Shown: positions 1 through 10,444, counted from the first letter of the stretch. The stretch: 64,000 bases of DNA from an uncultured Colwellia sp. (GCA_965305135.1 CBDLPA010000017.1:7620-71619); one strand, 5' to 3'. Numbers and translations are program-made. Notes: generated from the sequence alone by a model not told the origin.

Positions 1-61
1 ACTTCCCATGCCTTTAATTTTAAAGGACAAAATCATCACATTTTTATTTTAGGAGAAAAAT

Positions 62-1048
62 ATGTTACCCACAAATTCACAGCGTATCTGGATGTACCGA
101 AATATGCTAATTAGTCGTTACATGGAAGAACGGATAGAAGCGATTTATATGGAAGGAAAAAAGCCAGTTTTTAATATGGCTAATGGACCTATTCCTGGAG
201 AAATGCATTTGTCTAATGGTCAAGAGCCATGTGCCGTTGGAGTATGCGCCCATCTAAATGCTGAAGATATCATAACAGCAACCCACAGGCCTCATCATAT
301 AGCGGTTGCCAAAGGGGTTAACCTTGACAAGATGATGGCTGAAATATTTGGCAAAAAAACAGGGCTAAGTGGTGGCCGTGGTGGTCATATGCACTTGTTT
401 GATAGTGATGTTAATTTCTCTTGCTCAGGTATTATTGCTCAAGGAATGGGGCCTGCAGTAGGCGCAGCTCTGTCAAGAAAAATGCAAAATAAATCAGGTA
501 TAGCCATTTCTTATATTGGTGAGGGGGCAGCAAATCAAGGTGCTTTTCATGAATCCCTGAATTTAGCTTCCGTATGGAATTTGCCCGTAATATTTATAAT
601 AGAAGATAATGATTGGGGTATATCAGTCGCTAAATCAGCCTCTACTTCAGTGACTAAAAATAGTGACCGTGCTGCGGCATACAACATGCCAGGTATTCAT
701 ATTGAGCACAATTGTCCAGACAAAATATTCAGTGCCACAAAAGAGGCAATTGATCGTGCACGAAATGGGGGAGGACCAACGCTAATTGAGATACAAACTT
801 CACGTTTGGCTGGTCACTTCATGGGAGATGCTGAAGCATATCGTCCTGAAGGTGAAAAAGAGCAGCTAATTCAAGAAGATCCCTTGCCTACTTATCGTCA
901 GAAATTACTTAGCGAAAACATCATTACGTACGACGAAGACTTATCTTTGGTTCAAGAAACACAGCAATTAATAGAAAAAGCAATTACTTTTGCTCGTGAG
1001 AGTGAATACCCAGAACCAGAAGAAGCCATGTTGCATGTTTTCGCTTAA
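62..1048 (+). CDS. acoA: TPP-dependent (acetoin-type) dehydrogenase E1 alpha subunit
   Basis: TPP-binding motif GEGAANQG...N, THRPHH, GRGGHMH, and C-terminal RLAGHFMGD loop typical of E1 alpha; AcoR-like regulator downstream. Substrate is inferred. Confidence 0.85.
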   Translation: MLPTNSQRIWMYRNMLISRYMEERIEAIYMEGKKPVFNMANGPIPGEMHLSNGQEPCAVGVCAHLNAEDIITATHRPHHIAVAKGVNLDKMMAEIFGKKTGLSGGRGGHMHLFDSDVNFSCSGIIAQGMGPAVGAALSRKMQNKSGIAISYIGEGAANQGAFHESLNLASVWNLPVIFIIEDNDWGISVAKSASTSVTKNSDRAAAYNMPGIHIEHNCPDKIFSATKEAIDRARNGGGPTLIEIQTSRLAGHFMGDAEAYRPEGEKEQLIQEDPLPTYRQKLLSENIITYDEDLSLVQETQQLIEKAITFARESEYPEPEEAMLHVFA

Positions 1049-1075
1049 CCATAATTACACAAAGGAGACTTAATA

Positions 1076-2092
1076 ATGTCTGCAACGAAAAAACTAACTA
1101 TAGCGCGTGCAATGGCTGAGTCATTAGCTCAAGAAATGCGCGCAGATCCTAACGTATTTGTAATGGGAGAGGATATTGCACAACTGGGCGGCGTTTTTGG
1201 AAATACTCGTGGTTTACTGAAAGAATTTGGTGAAGAACGTGTGAGAGATACTCCAATTTCAGAAACTGCATTTATAGGTGCTGGCGTCGGTGCTGCTATG
1301 GATGGAATGCGTCCAGTTGTTGAATTAATGTTTGTTGATTTTTTTGGTGTTTGTTTTGATGCTATCTATAACTCTATGGCAAAAAACATTTACTTTTCAG
1401 GTGGCCATTCAACAGTACCAATGGTGATAATGGCATCAACTGGTGGTGGTTACAGTGATGCGGGTCAGCATTCTCAATGTCTATACGGAACGTTTGCACA
1501 TTTACCAGGAATGAAAGTTGTTGCGCCAAGTAACGCTTATGATGCAAAAGGTTTAATGACTGCTGCTATTCGCGACAATAGTCCTGTTATTTATCTATTT
1601 CATAAAGGTTTACAAGGTATGGGCTGGTTAGGAACAGAACCCGCTGCTATCAGCCAAGTACCTGAAGAAAATTATGAACTGGAAATTGGCAAAGCAAAAA
1701 CAGTAGTTGAAGGTCAAGATATAACAATCGTGAGCATTGGAATCGGCGTACATCATGCTTTAAAAGCAGCGCAAGAACTTGAAAAAGACAACATCAATGT
1801 GGAGGTTATTGACCTGCGTTCATTGGTTCCGTTAGATCGCGATCATATCATATCATCTGTTAAAAAGACTGGTCGATTATTGGTTGTTGATGAAGATTAT
1901 CATAGCTTTGGTGTTAGTGGAGAGATCATCGCCTCGGTAACTGAACATGATCATCATATGCTAAAAACACCACCGTGTAGGATCACTTTCCCAGATATTC
2001 CAATTCCATTTAGTAGACCAATGGAAGAATGGGCATTACCGTCCACCGAAAATATAATTAATACCTGTTCAAAAATGATGGAGAGCAAATAA
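1076..2092 (+). CDS. acoB: TPP-dependent dehydrogenase E1 beta subunit
   Basis: VFVMGEDI, RVRDTPISE, EVIDLRSLVPLD motifs of E1 beta; directly follows the alpha subunit. Confidence 0.88.
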   Translation: MSATKKLTIARAMAESLAQEMRADPNVFVMGEDIAQLGGVFGNTRGLLKEFGEERVRDTPISETAFIGAGVGAAMDGMRPVVELMFVDFFGVCFDAIYNSMAKNIYFSGGHSTVPMVIMASTGGGYSDAGQHSQCLYGTFAHLPGMKVVAPSNAYDAKGLMTAAIRDNSPVIYLFHKGLQGMGWLGTEPAAISQVPEENYELEIGKAKTVVEGQDITIVSIGIGVHHALKAAQELEKDNINVEVIDLRSLVPLDRDHIISSVKKTGRLLVVDEDYHSFGVSGEIIASVTEHDHHMLKTPPCRITFPDIPIPFSRPMEEWALPSTENIINTCSKMMESK

Positions 2093-2326
2093 ATGACTAA
2101 AGCAATTACAATACCAATGGACTTATGGGAAGAAGATGAAGAAGCCGTTTTAACAGCTTGGCTAGTAGATAACAACAGTGAAGTATCAACAGGTCAACTA
2201 TTAGCTGAAGTCATGGTCGAAAAAATTTCATATGAAATTCACTCAACCTATGACGGAACTATATCTATTACCTGCCAAGAAGATGATGTGGTAAATAAAG
2301 GAAGCATAATAGCAGAGGTATCTTAA
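2093..2326 (+). CDS. Stand-alone lipoyl/biotinyl carrier domain protein (77 aa)
   Basis: Lipoyl-domain pattern W-x-V-x3-EV-x2-GQLLAEVMVEK-I-x2-EI with the acceptor Lys in MVEK; own stop codon immediately before the next ATG. Confidence 0.85.
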   Translation: MTKAITIPMDLWEEDEEAVLTAWLVDNNSEVSTGQLLAEVMVEKISYEIHSTYDGTISITCQEDDVVNKGSIIAEVS

Positions 2327-3022
2327 ATGGAACAAGCTATCACCGATTCAACCTATACAGTGCCTTTGCGTGGTGTTCGAGGCGCAATCGCAAAAAAAAT
2401 GCAACAAAGTTTGCAAACTAGTGCGCAACTTACGTTACATGCAGAAGCGAATATTTCACCTTTATTGCATTTAAAACGACAACTATCTGAGCAAGGAGAA
2501 AATATATCAATACAAGACTTGTTGCATTTTGTAGTGATTACGGCACTGAAAAAGCATATGGATTTAAATGCTAGGGTTGAAGATAATAAAATTATCTATC
2601 ATAGAGACATCAACTTATCTTTTGCATTAAGTTTAGATGATAATATTTTAGTAACGCCTACTATTTTTTCAGCTCAAAATTTTACAGCCAATGAACTGCA
2701 AAAAGCGCGGCAAATTTCAACTAAAAAGGCTCAAAACAATGAACTTAAACCTAATGATTATATGGGGGGTACAATAACCATTACAAATTTAGGCTTAACA
2801 AGAGTTAAACATTTTACACCAATTTTAAATACTCCTCAAATTGCTATTATCGGGTTAGGCACAACCAACGAATACGTGAAACCTAACGCCAAAGGTGAAT
2901 TTGAAGCGGTTAAAATAATGGGGATTTCTTTAACGATTGATCATCGGGCAATAGATGGTTCTCCTGCTGCTAATTTTTTATCTGATATCTGTGCTCATAT
3001 AGAGGAGATCATCCTTGACTGA
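2327..3022 (+). CDS. 2-oxo-acid dehydrogenase E2 acyltransferase, catalytic domain only
   Basis: GGTITITNLG, FTPILNTPQIAIIG and catalytic DHRAIDG motif; 231 aa with no lipoyl or subunit-binding domain. Confidence 0.88.
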   Translation: MEQAITDSTYTVPLRGVRGAIAKKMQQSLQTSAQLTLHAEANISPLLHLKRQLSEQGENISIQDLLHFVVITALKKHMDLNARVEDNKIIYHRDINLSFALSLDDNILVTPTIFSAQNFTANELQKARQISTKKAQNNELKPNDYMGGTITITNLGLTRVKHFTPILNTPQIAIIGLGTTNEYVKPNAKGEFEAVKIMGISLTIDHRAIDGSPAANFLSDICAHIEEIILD

Positions 3023-3740
3023 TTCGATGGTGTTAATGTCGATGTCTGCAACTCAAGCGTTAGCATGGGAAGAACAAGCTTTACGTGAAGTGCTTATCGA
3101 TCAAACGCCTCGTTTTTTAATTTGGGAGCCTATAGAAAAAGTGATGGTGCTTCCTGCATCTGGTAAATGGCGAACTACACCACAATTAACTGACCATATG
3201 GAAAAACTTGGTTGGAAAATTGAGCAACGAAAAACGGGGGGATCTCCCGTTCCTCAAGCACCAGGTGTAATTAATTTAAGCATGGTCTATCCATGGCCTG
3301 ACAAATTAGAACTATCAACATCAAATAGCTATCAGTTACTGATAGCTATTTTAGAGTTATGGCTATCTAATTATGGGGTCAAAGCAGAAACAGGTGAGAT
3401 TACTGGCGCATATTGTAATGGCGTCTATAATTTATCTATCAATGATAGAAAGTTTATCGGTACAGCACAAAGAATTAGCCGAACGAGTAGCGTAAACAAT
3501 AAAAAGCAAGTGGGTGTGCTAGCCCATGCCTTTATTCTAATTAATCCAAATATTGACTCTTTAGTAGATGCTGTAAATGAATGTTATCAGCAATCAGGAC
3601 ATTCTGAGGTTTTTACCCGAGAGGCAATGACATCGCTAACTGAGCATAACGATGAAATTAACATGAATAATAGTAAACTAGCAGCTGACCTTTATTTGTC
3701 GATACAAAGTATGATTGATAAGTATTTGACTAAGATATAA
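3015..3740 (+). CDS. Lipoate-protein ligase A family catalytic domain (LplA/LipM/LipL-like)
   Basis: RKTGGSPV (RRxSGGG-like), NLS-I-x-DRKFIGTAQR (KxxGxAQ) motifs; no C-terminal LplA domain. Confidence 0.75.
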   Translation: MTDSMVLMSMSATQALAWEEQALREVLIDQTPRFLIWEPIEKVMVLPASGKWRTTPQLTDHMEKLGWKIEQRKTGGSPVPQAPGVINLSMVYPWPDKLELSTSNSYQLLIAILELWLSNYGVKAETGEITGAYCNGVYNLSINDRKFIGTAQRISRTSSVNNKKQVGVLAHAFILINPNIDSLVDAVNECYQQSGHSEVFTREAMTSLTEHNDEINMNNSKLAADLYLSIQSMIDKYLTKI

Positions 3741-3836
3741 CCTACTAAAACGTACGTAGTAAGAATTAATACAATAATAAAAGAAAGGATGCATAATAAT
3801 AAAAAGCAAGGATGCATAATATATTTGGGGAAAAAA

Positions 3837-5801
3837 ATGAGAACTTCCGTCGTCGATGAACATTTATCTAATGTTTATAGAGCAATTGATGATAATGAGT
3901 TAAATTCAGAAACAGACTTAATTACAAATTCATGGAAACGTTGTATTCAAACCTTTAAGCTTGATCCATTGGGGCGACAAGGTTCACGTGTACTTACTCA
4001 TTCAGAATTGCAAAACCACACTTCACCTTTACAAGAATTTATCACTACAGCCAGAGAGGGAATGGAAACGCTATATTCACAAGTAGAAGCCTTAGGTTAT
4101 GTTGTTTTACTTTGTGATAAAAATGGAGTTACCGTTGATTATATTGGTAATAACCGTCTAACCAAAGACATGAGAAACGCTGGTCTATATTTAGGATCTG
4201 ACTGGAACGAACGCCATGCAGGAACCTGCGCGGTTGGTACAATTATCAACGAACTTGTGCCATTAACGATACACCAACAAGATCATTTTGACATAGTTAA
4301 CACATCATTAACGTGCTCCGCATCACCTATTTTAGATCATAATGGTGAGCTATTGGCTATTCTTGATGTCTCAGCACTTTACTCACCAAAAGAAAAAGCA
4401 AGCCAACATTTGTTGCTTAAATTAGTACAGATGCATGCTGGACTTATTGAAGCCGCTAATTTTTTAAATCACTATAGTAACGCATCAATTTTAAAATTTG
4501 ATACCAGCGTTAGTTCACTAAATACATATTGTCCGAATTTAATTGCATTAGATAGTTATAATGTGGTGATTGGTGCAAACCAAAATGCACGTAAAATTAT
4601 GGCTAGAGAACTAGGCATTAATGACATAACATCACAGTTACTGACTGGATTTGACATTACTTCGTTGTTTCAACTGGGTGCAGATCCTGCTAAGTCATCT
4701 CCTGAACATTTTGTTATCAAGTCAAAAAACACAAGTGTTCCATTTTTCTGTTGTATTCAGCCACCACGTACCAAAATCAAAAGTATGGTACTAAACCAAA
4801 TTAGAGCATATAAGCTAGACAAAATGAAACCTATCGCTGCAGAGATCGATAAGCTTTCTGGCTCAGATCCTATGATGCACAGCGTAAAACTTCTTATCAG
4901 TAAATTTGCACCAACTGATATCAATATTTTAGTTCAAGGTGAAACTGGCACAGGCAAAGAAGTATTAGCTAATGCTATACACCTAAGTAGTAACCGTCGT
5001 AAAGGACCATTTGTAGCAGTTAATTGTGCCGCGCTACCTGACACATTAATTGAAAGTGAATTGTTTGGTTATAAAGCAGGAAGCTTCACTGGTGCTAGCT
5101 GTAAAGGTAAATCTGGGTTAATTCTAGCCGCAGACAAAGGCACATTATTTTTAGATGAAATAGGTGATATGCCTGCAAGTCTACAAACTAGGTTATTAAG
5201 AGTGCTAGCTGAAAAAATGGTTACTCCCATCGGCTCCGATCATCCCATTCCTGTAGACTTCCGACTTATTAGTGCCACTCATCAAGATATAACTCCAAAG
5301 ATTGAATCAGAGCAATCTAATTTCAGAGCTGATTTATATCATCGCCTAAATGGTGCAACAGTTAACCTGCCCCCATTGCGAGATCGTCAAGATCTCCCTT
5401 ATTTAGTCTCACGTATTGTTTCAGACAAAGCAGACATTGGCTTTTCCAAAGAAGCTATGCAAGTACTCAGTGAATATTCTTGGCCTGGCAATATTCGGGA
5501 GCTTAAAAATGTTATTAACTATGCCTGTACTTTATGCGACGATAAAATAGTCACTATTGAGCATTTACCTGAATACGTATTCGACTGCCCCCCTTTTATT
5601 TTTAATGAAAATGAGGGAAGCCACTCACAGCATGCCGAAATTATATCGGTACAAGGACAGAAAATACTACAGACCTTACGGAACAGTAATTGGAACGCAA
5701 CAGAAGCAGCTAAAAAACTAGAAACAAGCAGAGCAACACTCTATCGGAAAATGAAAAAGTACAATATTGTTTCCCCCAATAATACAGATAGTTCTCTTTA
5801 G
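3837..5801 (+). CDS. acoR: GAF-domain sigma54-dependent activator (AcoR family)
   Basis: GAF (W-x-E-x3-GTCAVG), Walker A GETGTGKE, ESELFGY-x2-GSFTGA, FLDEIGDM, C-terminal Fis HTH. Start moved from 3789 to ATG 3837, which follows a GGGG RBS. Confidence 0.88.
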   Translation: MRTSVVDEHLSNVYRAIDDNELNSETDLITNSWKRCIQTFKLDPLGRQGSRVLTHSELQNHTSPLQEFITTAREGMETLYSQVEALGYVVLLCDKNGVTVDYIGNNRLTKDMRNAGLYLGSDWNERHAGTCAVGTIINELVPLTIHQQDHFDIVNTSLTCSASPILDHNGELLAILDVSALYSPKEKASQHLLLKLVQMHAGLIEAANFLNHYSNASILKFDTSVSSLNTYCPNLIALDSYNVVIGANQNARKIMARELGINDITSQLLTGFDITSLFQLGADPAKSSPEHFVIKSKNTSVPFFCCIQPPRTKIKSMVLNQIRAYKLDKMKPIAAEIDKLSGSDPMMHSVKLLISKFAPTDINILVQGETGTGKEVLANAIHLSSNRRKGPFVAVNCAALPDTLIESELFGYKAGSFTGASCKGKSGLILAADKGTLFLDEIGDMPASLQTRLLRVLAEKMVTPIGSDHPIPVDFRLISATHQDITPKIESEQSNFRADLYHRLNGATVNLPPLRDRQDLPYLVSRIVSDKADIGFSKEAMQVLSEYSWPGNIRELKNVINYACTLCDDKIVTIEHLPEYVFDCPPFIFNENEGSHSQHAEIISVQGQKILQTLRNSNWNATEAAKKLETSRATLYRKMKKYNIVSPNNTDSSL

Positions 5802-5860
5802 TCAGGCTAACTCCACTTTCATTCAAGTGAACGGGGCATTTAACGTTGTTAGGTAAACAC

Positions 5861-5896
5861 AAAAAACCGATGCCATCCCAAAGCATCGGTTTTTTA
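5861..5896. terminator. Bidirectional rho-independent terminator between acoR and the porin gene
   Basis: AAAAAACCGATGC-catcccaaa-GCATCGGTTTTTT perfect stem with A/T tails between convergent genes. Confidence 0.9.
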
Positions 5897-5932
5897 TGTA
5901 AACCATATAATTCACATCTACATAAATATTAA

Positions 5933-7105
5933 TTAGAAAGCGAAATTTACACCTACATTAACTAATGTAGTTTTTTCACCAACAGGAGCTGGAGCTGCAA
6001 CAATAGATGTTGCATACTGTGAGATAGTGCTCATCTCATCTGCATCTACATACGCTATAGCAGTATATAACGTTGTTGAATCCCCCAAAGTGAACTCATT
6101 ACTAACGACAAATGATTTAGTGGTTGCATCATCAGCCGCCGCATTATCTTCGTTGATGTAGTAAGCGACAGTCATGGTATTTTTTTCACTCCACTTATAA
6201 TCTACACCAAGCCCAAGTGCATCAACGTCAAGAATTTCATTTCCAAGTGAATCATGGTTTTCTGTATTCAAAAAATTAACTTTCAAGTCAATAGCGCCAA
6301 TTTTATATGCAGCACCAATACCAAAGCTTTCCACTACATCTTCACCCGTATCTTGATCACTCATAATTTGGTATGAACCAGAAAGTGTTACAGGACCAGT
6401 TCCGTATGATGCACCAACAGCAATTACGTCGCCATTTTTACTAGAACCTTCTTGACCGCCAAACGAGTACAGTATGCCAAAATCAATACCACTAATGTTA
6501 TTACGGTATTGAATAGCATTCTTAAAAAATATACCAACGTCATTATTTGTATTACGACCTGCCTCACTATCACTAGGGTTTACAGTTGAAAATAATTGGC
6601 TATAAGCCCAAGAGTAGAGGTTAGAGAATTGTTCTTTGAAAACACGAGGTTCTGTACCAAGGTGAGCAAGTAAAGCAGGACCATATTGGCGACCTGCAAT
6701 CACGGTTCCCCAGTCACCAGTAAGACCAATATTTGCTTGGCGTCGGAAAAGCAAGGTGCCTGAACTATCATCAGCTTCCCCTGCAGCATCACCTGAACCA
6801 TGAAGCATACCTGAATCCACATCGAAGTGTGCTTCTAGATTAAAAAAGGCACTTGTAGAGCCATCTAGTTGGCGATTTCCTTTAAAACCAAAAACACTCT
6901 GACGCAAGCCACTCGTTTCCATAGTAAGGTTTTCTTCACCTTCAATTGAAGGGTTAGACTGGTACAGTAAACCAACATCTAAAATACCGAACATCGATAT
7001 TTTTGTTGTTTCTGTTTCTGCTATAACTACGTCAGCAGCTGCTGTTCCTGCAAAGCTAGATAGTAAAGCTGTAGCACCTAATGTTTTTAAAATTTTATTG
7101 TTCAT
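5933..7105 (-). CDS. Trimeric general porin (Porin_4 / Gram-negative porin family)
   Basis: Signal peptide, ISMFGILDVG, RQSVFGFKG, RQANIGLTGDWGTVIAGRQ, C-terminal VGVNFAF. Confidence 0.85.
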   Translation of the reverse strand: MNNKILKTLGATALLSSFAGTAAADVVIAETETTKISMFGILDVGLLYQSNPSIEGEENLTMETSGLRQSVFGFKGNRQLDGSTSAFFNLEAHFDVDSGMLHGSGDAAGEADDSSGTLLFRRQANIGLTGDWGTVIAGRQYGPALLAHLGTEPRVFKEQFSNLYSWAYSQLFSTVNPSDSEAGRNTNNDVGIFFKNAIQYRNNISGIDFGILYSFGGQEGSSKNGDVIAVGASYGTGPVTLSGSYQIMSDQDTGEDVVESFGIGAAYKIGAIDLKVNFLNTENHDSLGNEILDVDALGLGVDYKWSEKNTMTVAYYINEDNAAADDATTKSFVVSNEFTLGDSTTLYTAIAYVDADEMSTISQYATSIVAAPAPVGEKTTLVNVGVNFAF

Positions 7106-7272
7106 ATTATTTCCCCAAATGAATTTATATTTATTGTAATTTCAGGTCTATGTATCCTTATTTAGAGTTCCGTCATCTAATTGATTACCATCCAAGTTGT
7201 TGGCAAGTATTTGTTTACATATTGGTACATCGGTCTGAAATATTGCAGCATGTATCATGCAAAATGTAATTG

Positions 7273-7289
7273 AGCAGGTATCATGCCAA
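7273..7289 (-). promoter_or_regulatory. sigma54 (-24/-12) promoter for the porin gene
   Basis: Minus strand reads TTGGCATGATACCTGCT = GG-N10-GC, about 170 bp upstream of the porin ATG. Confidence 0.65.
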
Positions 7290-7857
7290 ATAAATGAATC
7301 ATAGATTACACAAAGCATGAATCGCATAGAAAAAACAAAAAAATCAACTTACAATACAATAAGTTAATATTTTTCATTTAATTTAAAAACTAAATTTTTG
7401 GAAGAAAAAGTTGGTGTATTTTGCATGAATTTTCTGTATTTTTAATTTTTTTATTCTTTTGATACATATGTTTCAAAAATAGTAATTTTGTCCTTACTCA
7501 TTAAAAAATGATCAACTAGAATTCAACTGTAATCTAAGGTGTCGTCAATCTGACATTGATGAAAGAGAGTAAAAATATAATCAAGTTGGCATATATTATG
7601 AAGTTAACCTTACTCTATCCGTTATAATTTTATTTTTACCTTCCCTAGCAACAGCAACAATCAAAATTTCCAAATAATAATTTAAAATCCCAGTTTAAAC
7701 ATGGCATCTAATGCATTGAGACAACTGTGTCGATTATTAAATTGATCAAAGAAAAACTAAAATCATAGTTTATAAATTGAAAAAGTTAAATCCCAATATA
7801 AGAAATATTTCAATACAAATCAATAAGTTAAAGGATTAAACCTAAATAAACACAAAC

Positions 7858-7873
7858 TGGCGCAATATATGCT
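7858..7873 (+). promoter_or_regulatory. sigma54 (-24/-12) promoter for the TBDR-lipA unit
   Basis: TGGCGCAATATATGCT = GG-N10-GC, about 330 bp upstream of the TBDR start. Confidence 0.55.
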
Positions 7874-8201
7874 ATTGCATAGGCTATAAACAGAAAGTAT
7901 CAAAAAATATTCATGTGAGGGAACAAAACTAAAAATCAGATATTTCCGCTAAAATACTTTCTATTTTAGAACAATGTTTTGTTATTAGTGCTTACTTACA
8001 CTGCTCACAAAGTTGTTCTGAAGTAAATTATGGAACGCTAGCTATATTGGTTCATTCATACCATTAAATTATGGTGATAATTATCCATTTTTTAGTGATT
8101 CTGTTTGTATTAATTAAGATCTTAAGTTACTGAATTTTAAAAAGAGTTCGTGCTAGATTTATCCAGGTTATCTAAAATCAAAAATAAAAAAGGAAACCAC
8201 T

Positions 8202-10352
8202 ATGTTACAACAATTTTCCGTTTCAGCTCTTACTATGGTCAGTTTTTCAATAATAAGTTGCTCTTTGTTTGCAGCAACTAAAAAAACTGATATTTATAAA
8301 ACAAATGACGCTGATAATCTAACAGAAATTATTGTTGTAACTGGTAGTCGTCAGCATTCAAACCTACTTACTTTAGCAAGCAATATTGACCGTATATCAA
8401 GTGAAGATATTGTTTCAGTTAGCTCTGTACATCCAAGTGATATTTTAAATAGAGCAACAGGCGTTCACATCCAAACGAATAATGGTATGGAGTCTTTACC
8501 CTCTCTACGATCTCCTGTTTTAACTGGCCCTGGTGCTGCGGGCGCTTTTTTATTCTTAGAAGATGGCATTCCTACCCGATCAGCTGGCTTTGCAAATAAT
8601 AATGGTTTATCAGAATTAAATATTGCACAAGCACAAGAAGTTGAAATTGTTAGAGGTCCTGCAAGTGCGGTTTATGGTTCAAATGCTGTTCATGGCGTGA
8701 TCAACGTATTAACCAAGGAGCCACATAATGGTGGAGAAGCCGCATTACTTACAGGTCCAAACAATAAGTATCAATTTCAAGGCACAATGGGAAATGAATC
8801 ACAAAATCAAGGTGTAAACGCTACAATTCAAGCCGTAAATGATGATGGCTATCGTGATAATAGTGACTTTACATCTTTGAAGCTTGGATTACGTTACGAC
8901 TATTTAAATGGAAATAATCAATTAAAAACGACGATTTCAGGTTTTGTACTTGATCAAAAAACAGCTGGATTTATTTCTTCTGGAGATAATGGTTCACATT
9001 GCTACAACTCAACATATTCAGATAAAAACCTTTATAAAGATCGTAATACCATGGAAAAAAATTGCGATAATGATGCTTATCGCAAATGGTCATCAGTACG
9101 TATAGCAACGCATTGGCAACACAAGTTAGATGATGTAAAAAGCTTTACTATTACACCATATTTTAGAATTAATGAAATGGAATTTAGCCAACATTATCTA
9201 CCGTCAAAAGCCATTGAAGAAAATAGCCACTATAGTTTTGGTATGATTAATAGTTATCGGTGGAACTTAGAAAAGAATATTGCATTAATAATGGGCGTAG
9301 ACCTTGAATGGACAGAAGGAGCGTTAACACAAACCCAACAAAAACCAGATAGTTATAGCTGGGGAAAAGCACGCCAACAAGGCCTTCATTTTGACTACAA
9401 AGTTGATGCTTTAACGATTGCCCCCTACCTTCAAGCCGATTGGCAATTAACTCATCAGCTAAAATTCACAGCAAGTGTTCGTTTTGATAAAACAAAATAC
9501 AAATACAATAATTTACTTGCTGATGGTACAACAAAGTCAGACGGAAGTTCATGTGTAGATAACAAAGGTGAGTTGATTGACTGTTTATTTAAACGCCCTA
9601 GTGATAGTAATGATAGTTTTAATGATTCCAGTACTAAAATAGCCTTTAATTATAGTATTAATAACAACATGGCAATTTTCGGTGGTTGGTCTCAAGGGTT
9701 TAGAGCACCACAAACTACCGATATGTATAGACTACAAAAGCAACAAGAAATAGGAGAAATTAAATCAGAGCTACTCGACAGTATCGAACTTGGTTTTCGA
9801 GGAGTGACTAACAAACTAACTTATGAAGCTGTTCTCTATTCTATGGATAAAGAAAATTTCTTTTTTCGAGATGCAGATGGTTTAAATGTAACTAATGGTG
9901 AAACTTCACATCATGGTCTTGAATTGATGATGGATTATGCTTTAACTGAACAATTCACCCTTGGCATTAACTATAGTTATGGTCACCATGAATATGAATT
10001 TGACCAAACAAGCAGTGGTGTTATTAAAGGCAATAAAGTAGATACGTCACCAAAACATCTAGCTAATGTGCGTGTTGCCTGGCAACCAACTGATAACACT
10101 AAGTTTGAACTAGAGTGGTTACATATCAGTGCGTATTATTTAGACCCTGCCAATGAACATAATTATGCTGGCCACGACTTATTACAATTAAGAGCTTCGG
10201 TACAATTAACTAATCATCTGCGTTTATTTTCACGAATTGAAAACCTTACAGATGAAAAATATGCCAGCCGCGCGGATTTTGCTTTTGACACGTACCGTTT
10301 CTTTGGTGGTCAACCTCGCGCTGTGCACTTGGGAATTTCTTGGGATTTTTAG
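8202..10352 (+). CDS. TonB-dependent receptor
   Basis: TonB box EIIVVTG, plug motif EIVRGPASAVYGSNAVHGVINV, C-terminal NLTDEKY...GISWDF. Confidence 0.92.
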   Translation: MLQQFSVSALTMVSFSIISCSLFAATKKTDIYKTNDADNLTEIIVVTGSRQHSNLLTLASNIDRISSEDIVSVSSVHPSDILNRATGVHIQTNNGMESLPSLRSPVLTGPGAAGAFLFLEDGIPTRSAGFANNNGLSELNIAQAQEVEIVRGPASAVYGSNAVHGVINVLTKEPHNGGEAALLTGPNNKYQFQGTMGNESQNQGVNATIQAVNDDGYRDNSDFTSLKLGLRYDYLNGNNQLKTTISGFVLDQKTAGFISSGDNGSHCYNSTYSDKNLYKDRNTMEKNCDNDAYRKWSSVRIATHWQHKLDDVKSFTITPYFRINEMEFSQHYLPSKAIEENSHYSFGMINSYRWNLEKNIALIMGVDLEWTEGALTQTQQKPDSYSWGKARQQGLHFDYKVDALTIAPYLQADWQLTHQLKFTASVRFDKTKYKYNNLLADGTTKSDGSSCVDNKGELIDCLFKRPSDSNDSFNDSSTKIAFNYSINNNMAIFGGWSQGFRAPQTTDMYRLQKQQEIGEIKSELLDSIELGFRGVTNKLTYEAVLYSMDKENFFFRDADGLNVTNGETSHHGLELMMDYALTEQFTLGINYSYGHHEYEFDQTSSGVIKGNKVDTSPKHLANVRVAWQPTDNTKFELEWLHISAYYLDPANEHNYAGHDLLQLRASVQLTNHLRLFSRIENLTDEKYASRADFAFDTYRFFGGQPRAVHLGISWDF

Positions 10353-10444
10353 CTTGTTTATGTTTCAAGTGTATAACATATTTATTTGTGTTGCTTTTAT
10401 TACCAATAAATTACTCACCTCAGTAACATTACTTAAGCTTTACC

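Noticed and set aside
5802-5840. Small hairpin CACTT-tcattc-AAGTG after acoR as a REP element
   Set aside because: Single short occurrence; not distinguishable from chance.
7201-7720. Additional TGGCA sigma54 candidates (7201, ~7586, ~7702)
   Set aside because: No GC at the required GG-N10-GC spacing.
8065-8092. Fur-like box TTATGGTGATAATTATCCAT upstream of the first TBDR
   Set aside because: Only the GATAATTATC core matches in very AT-rich DNA, and no iron-related gene context supports it.
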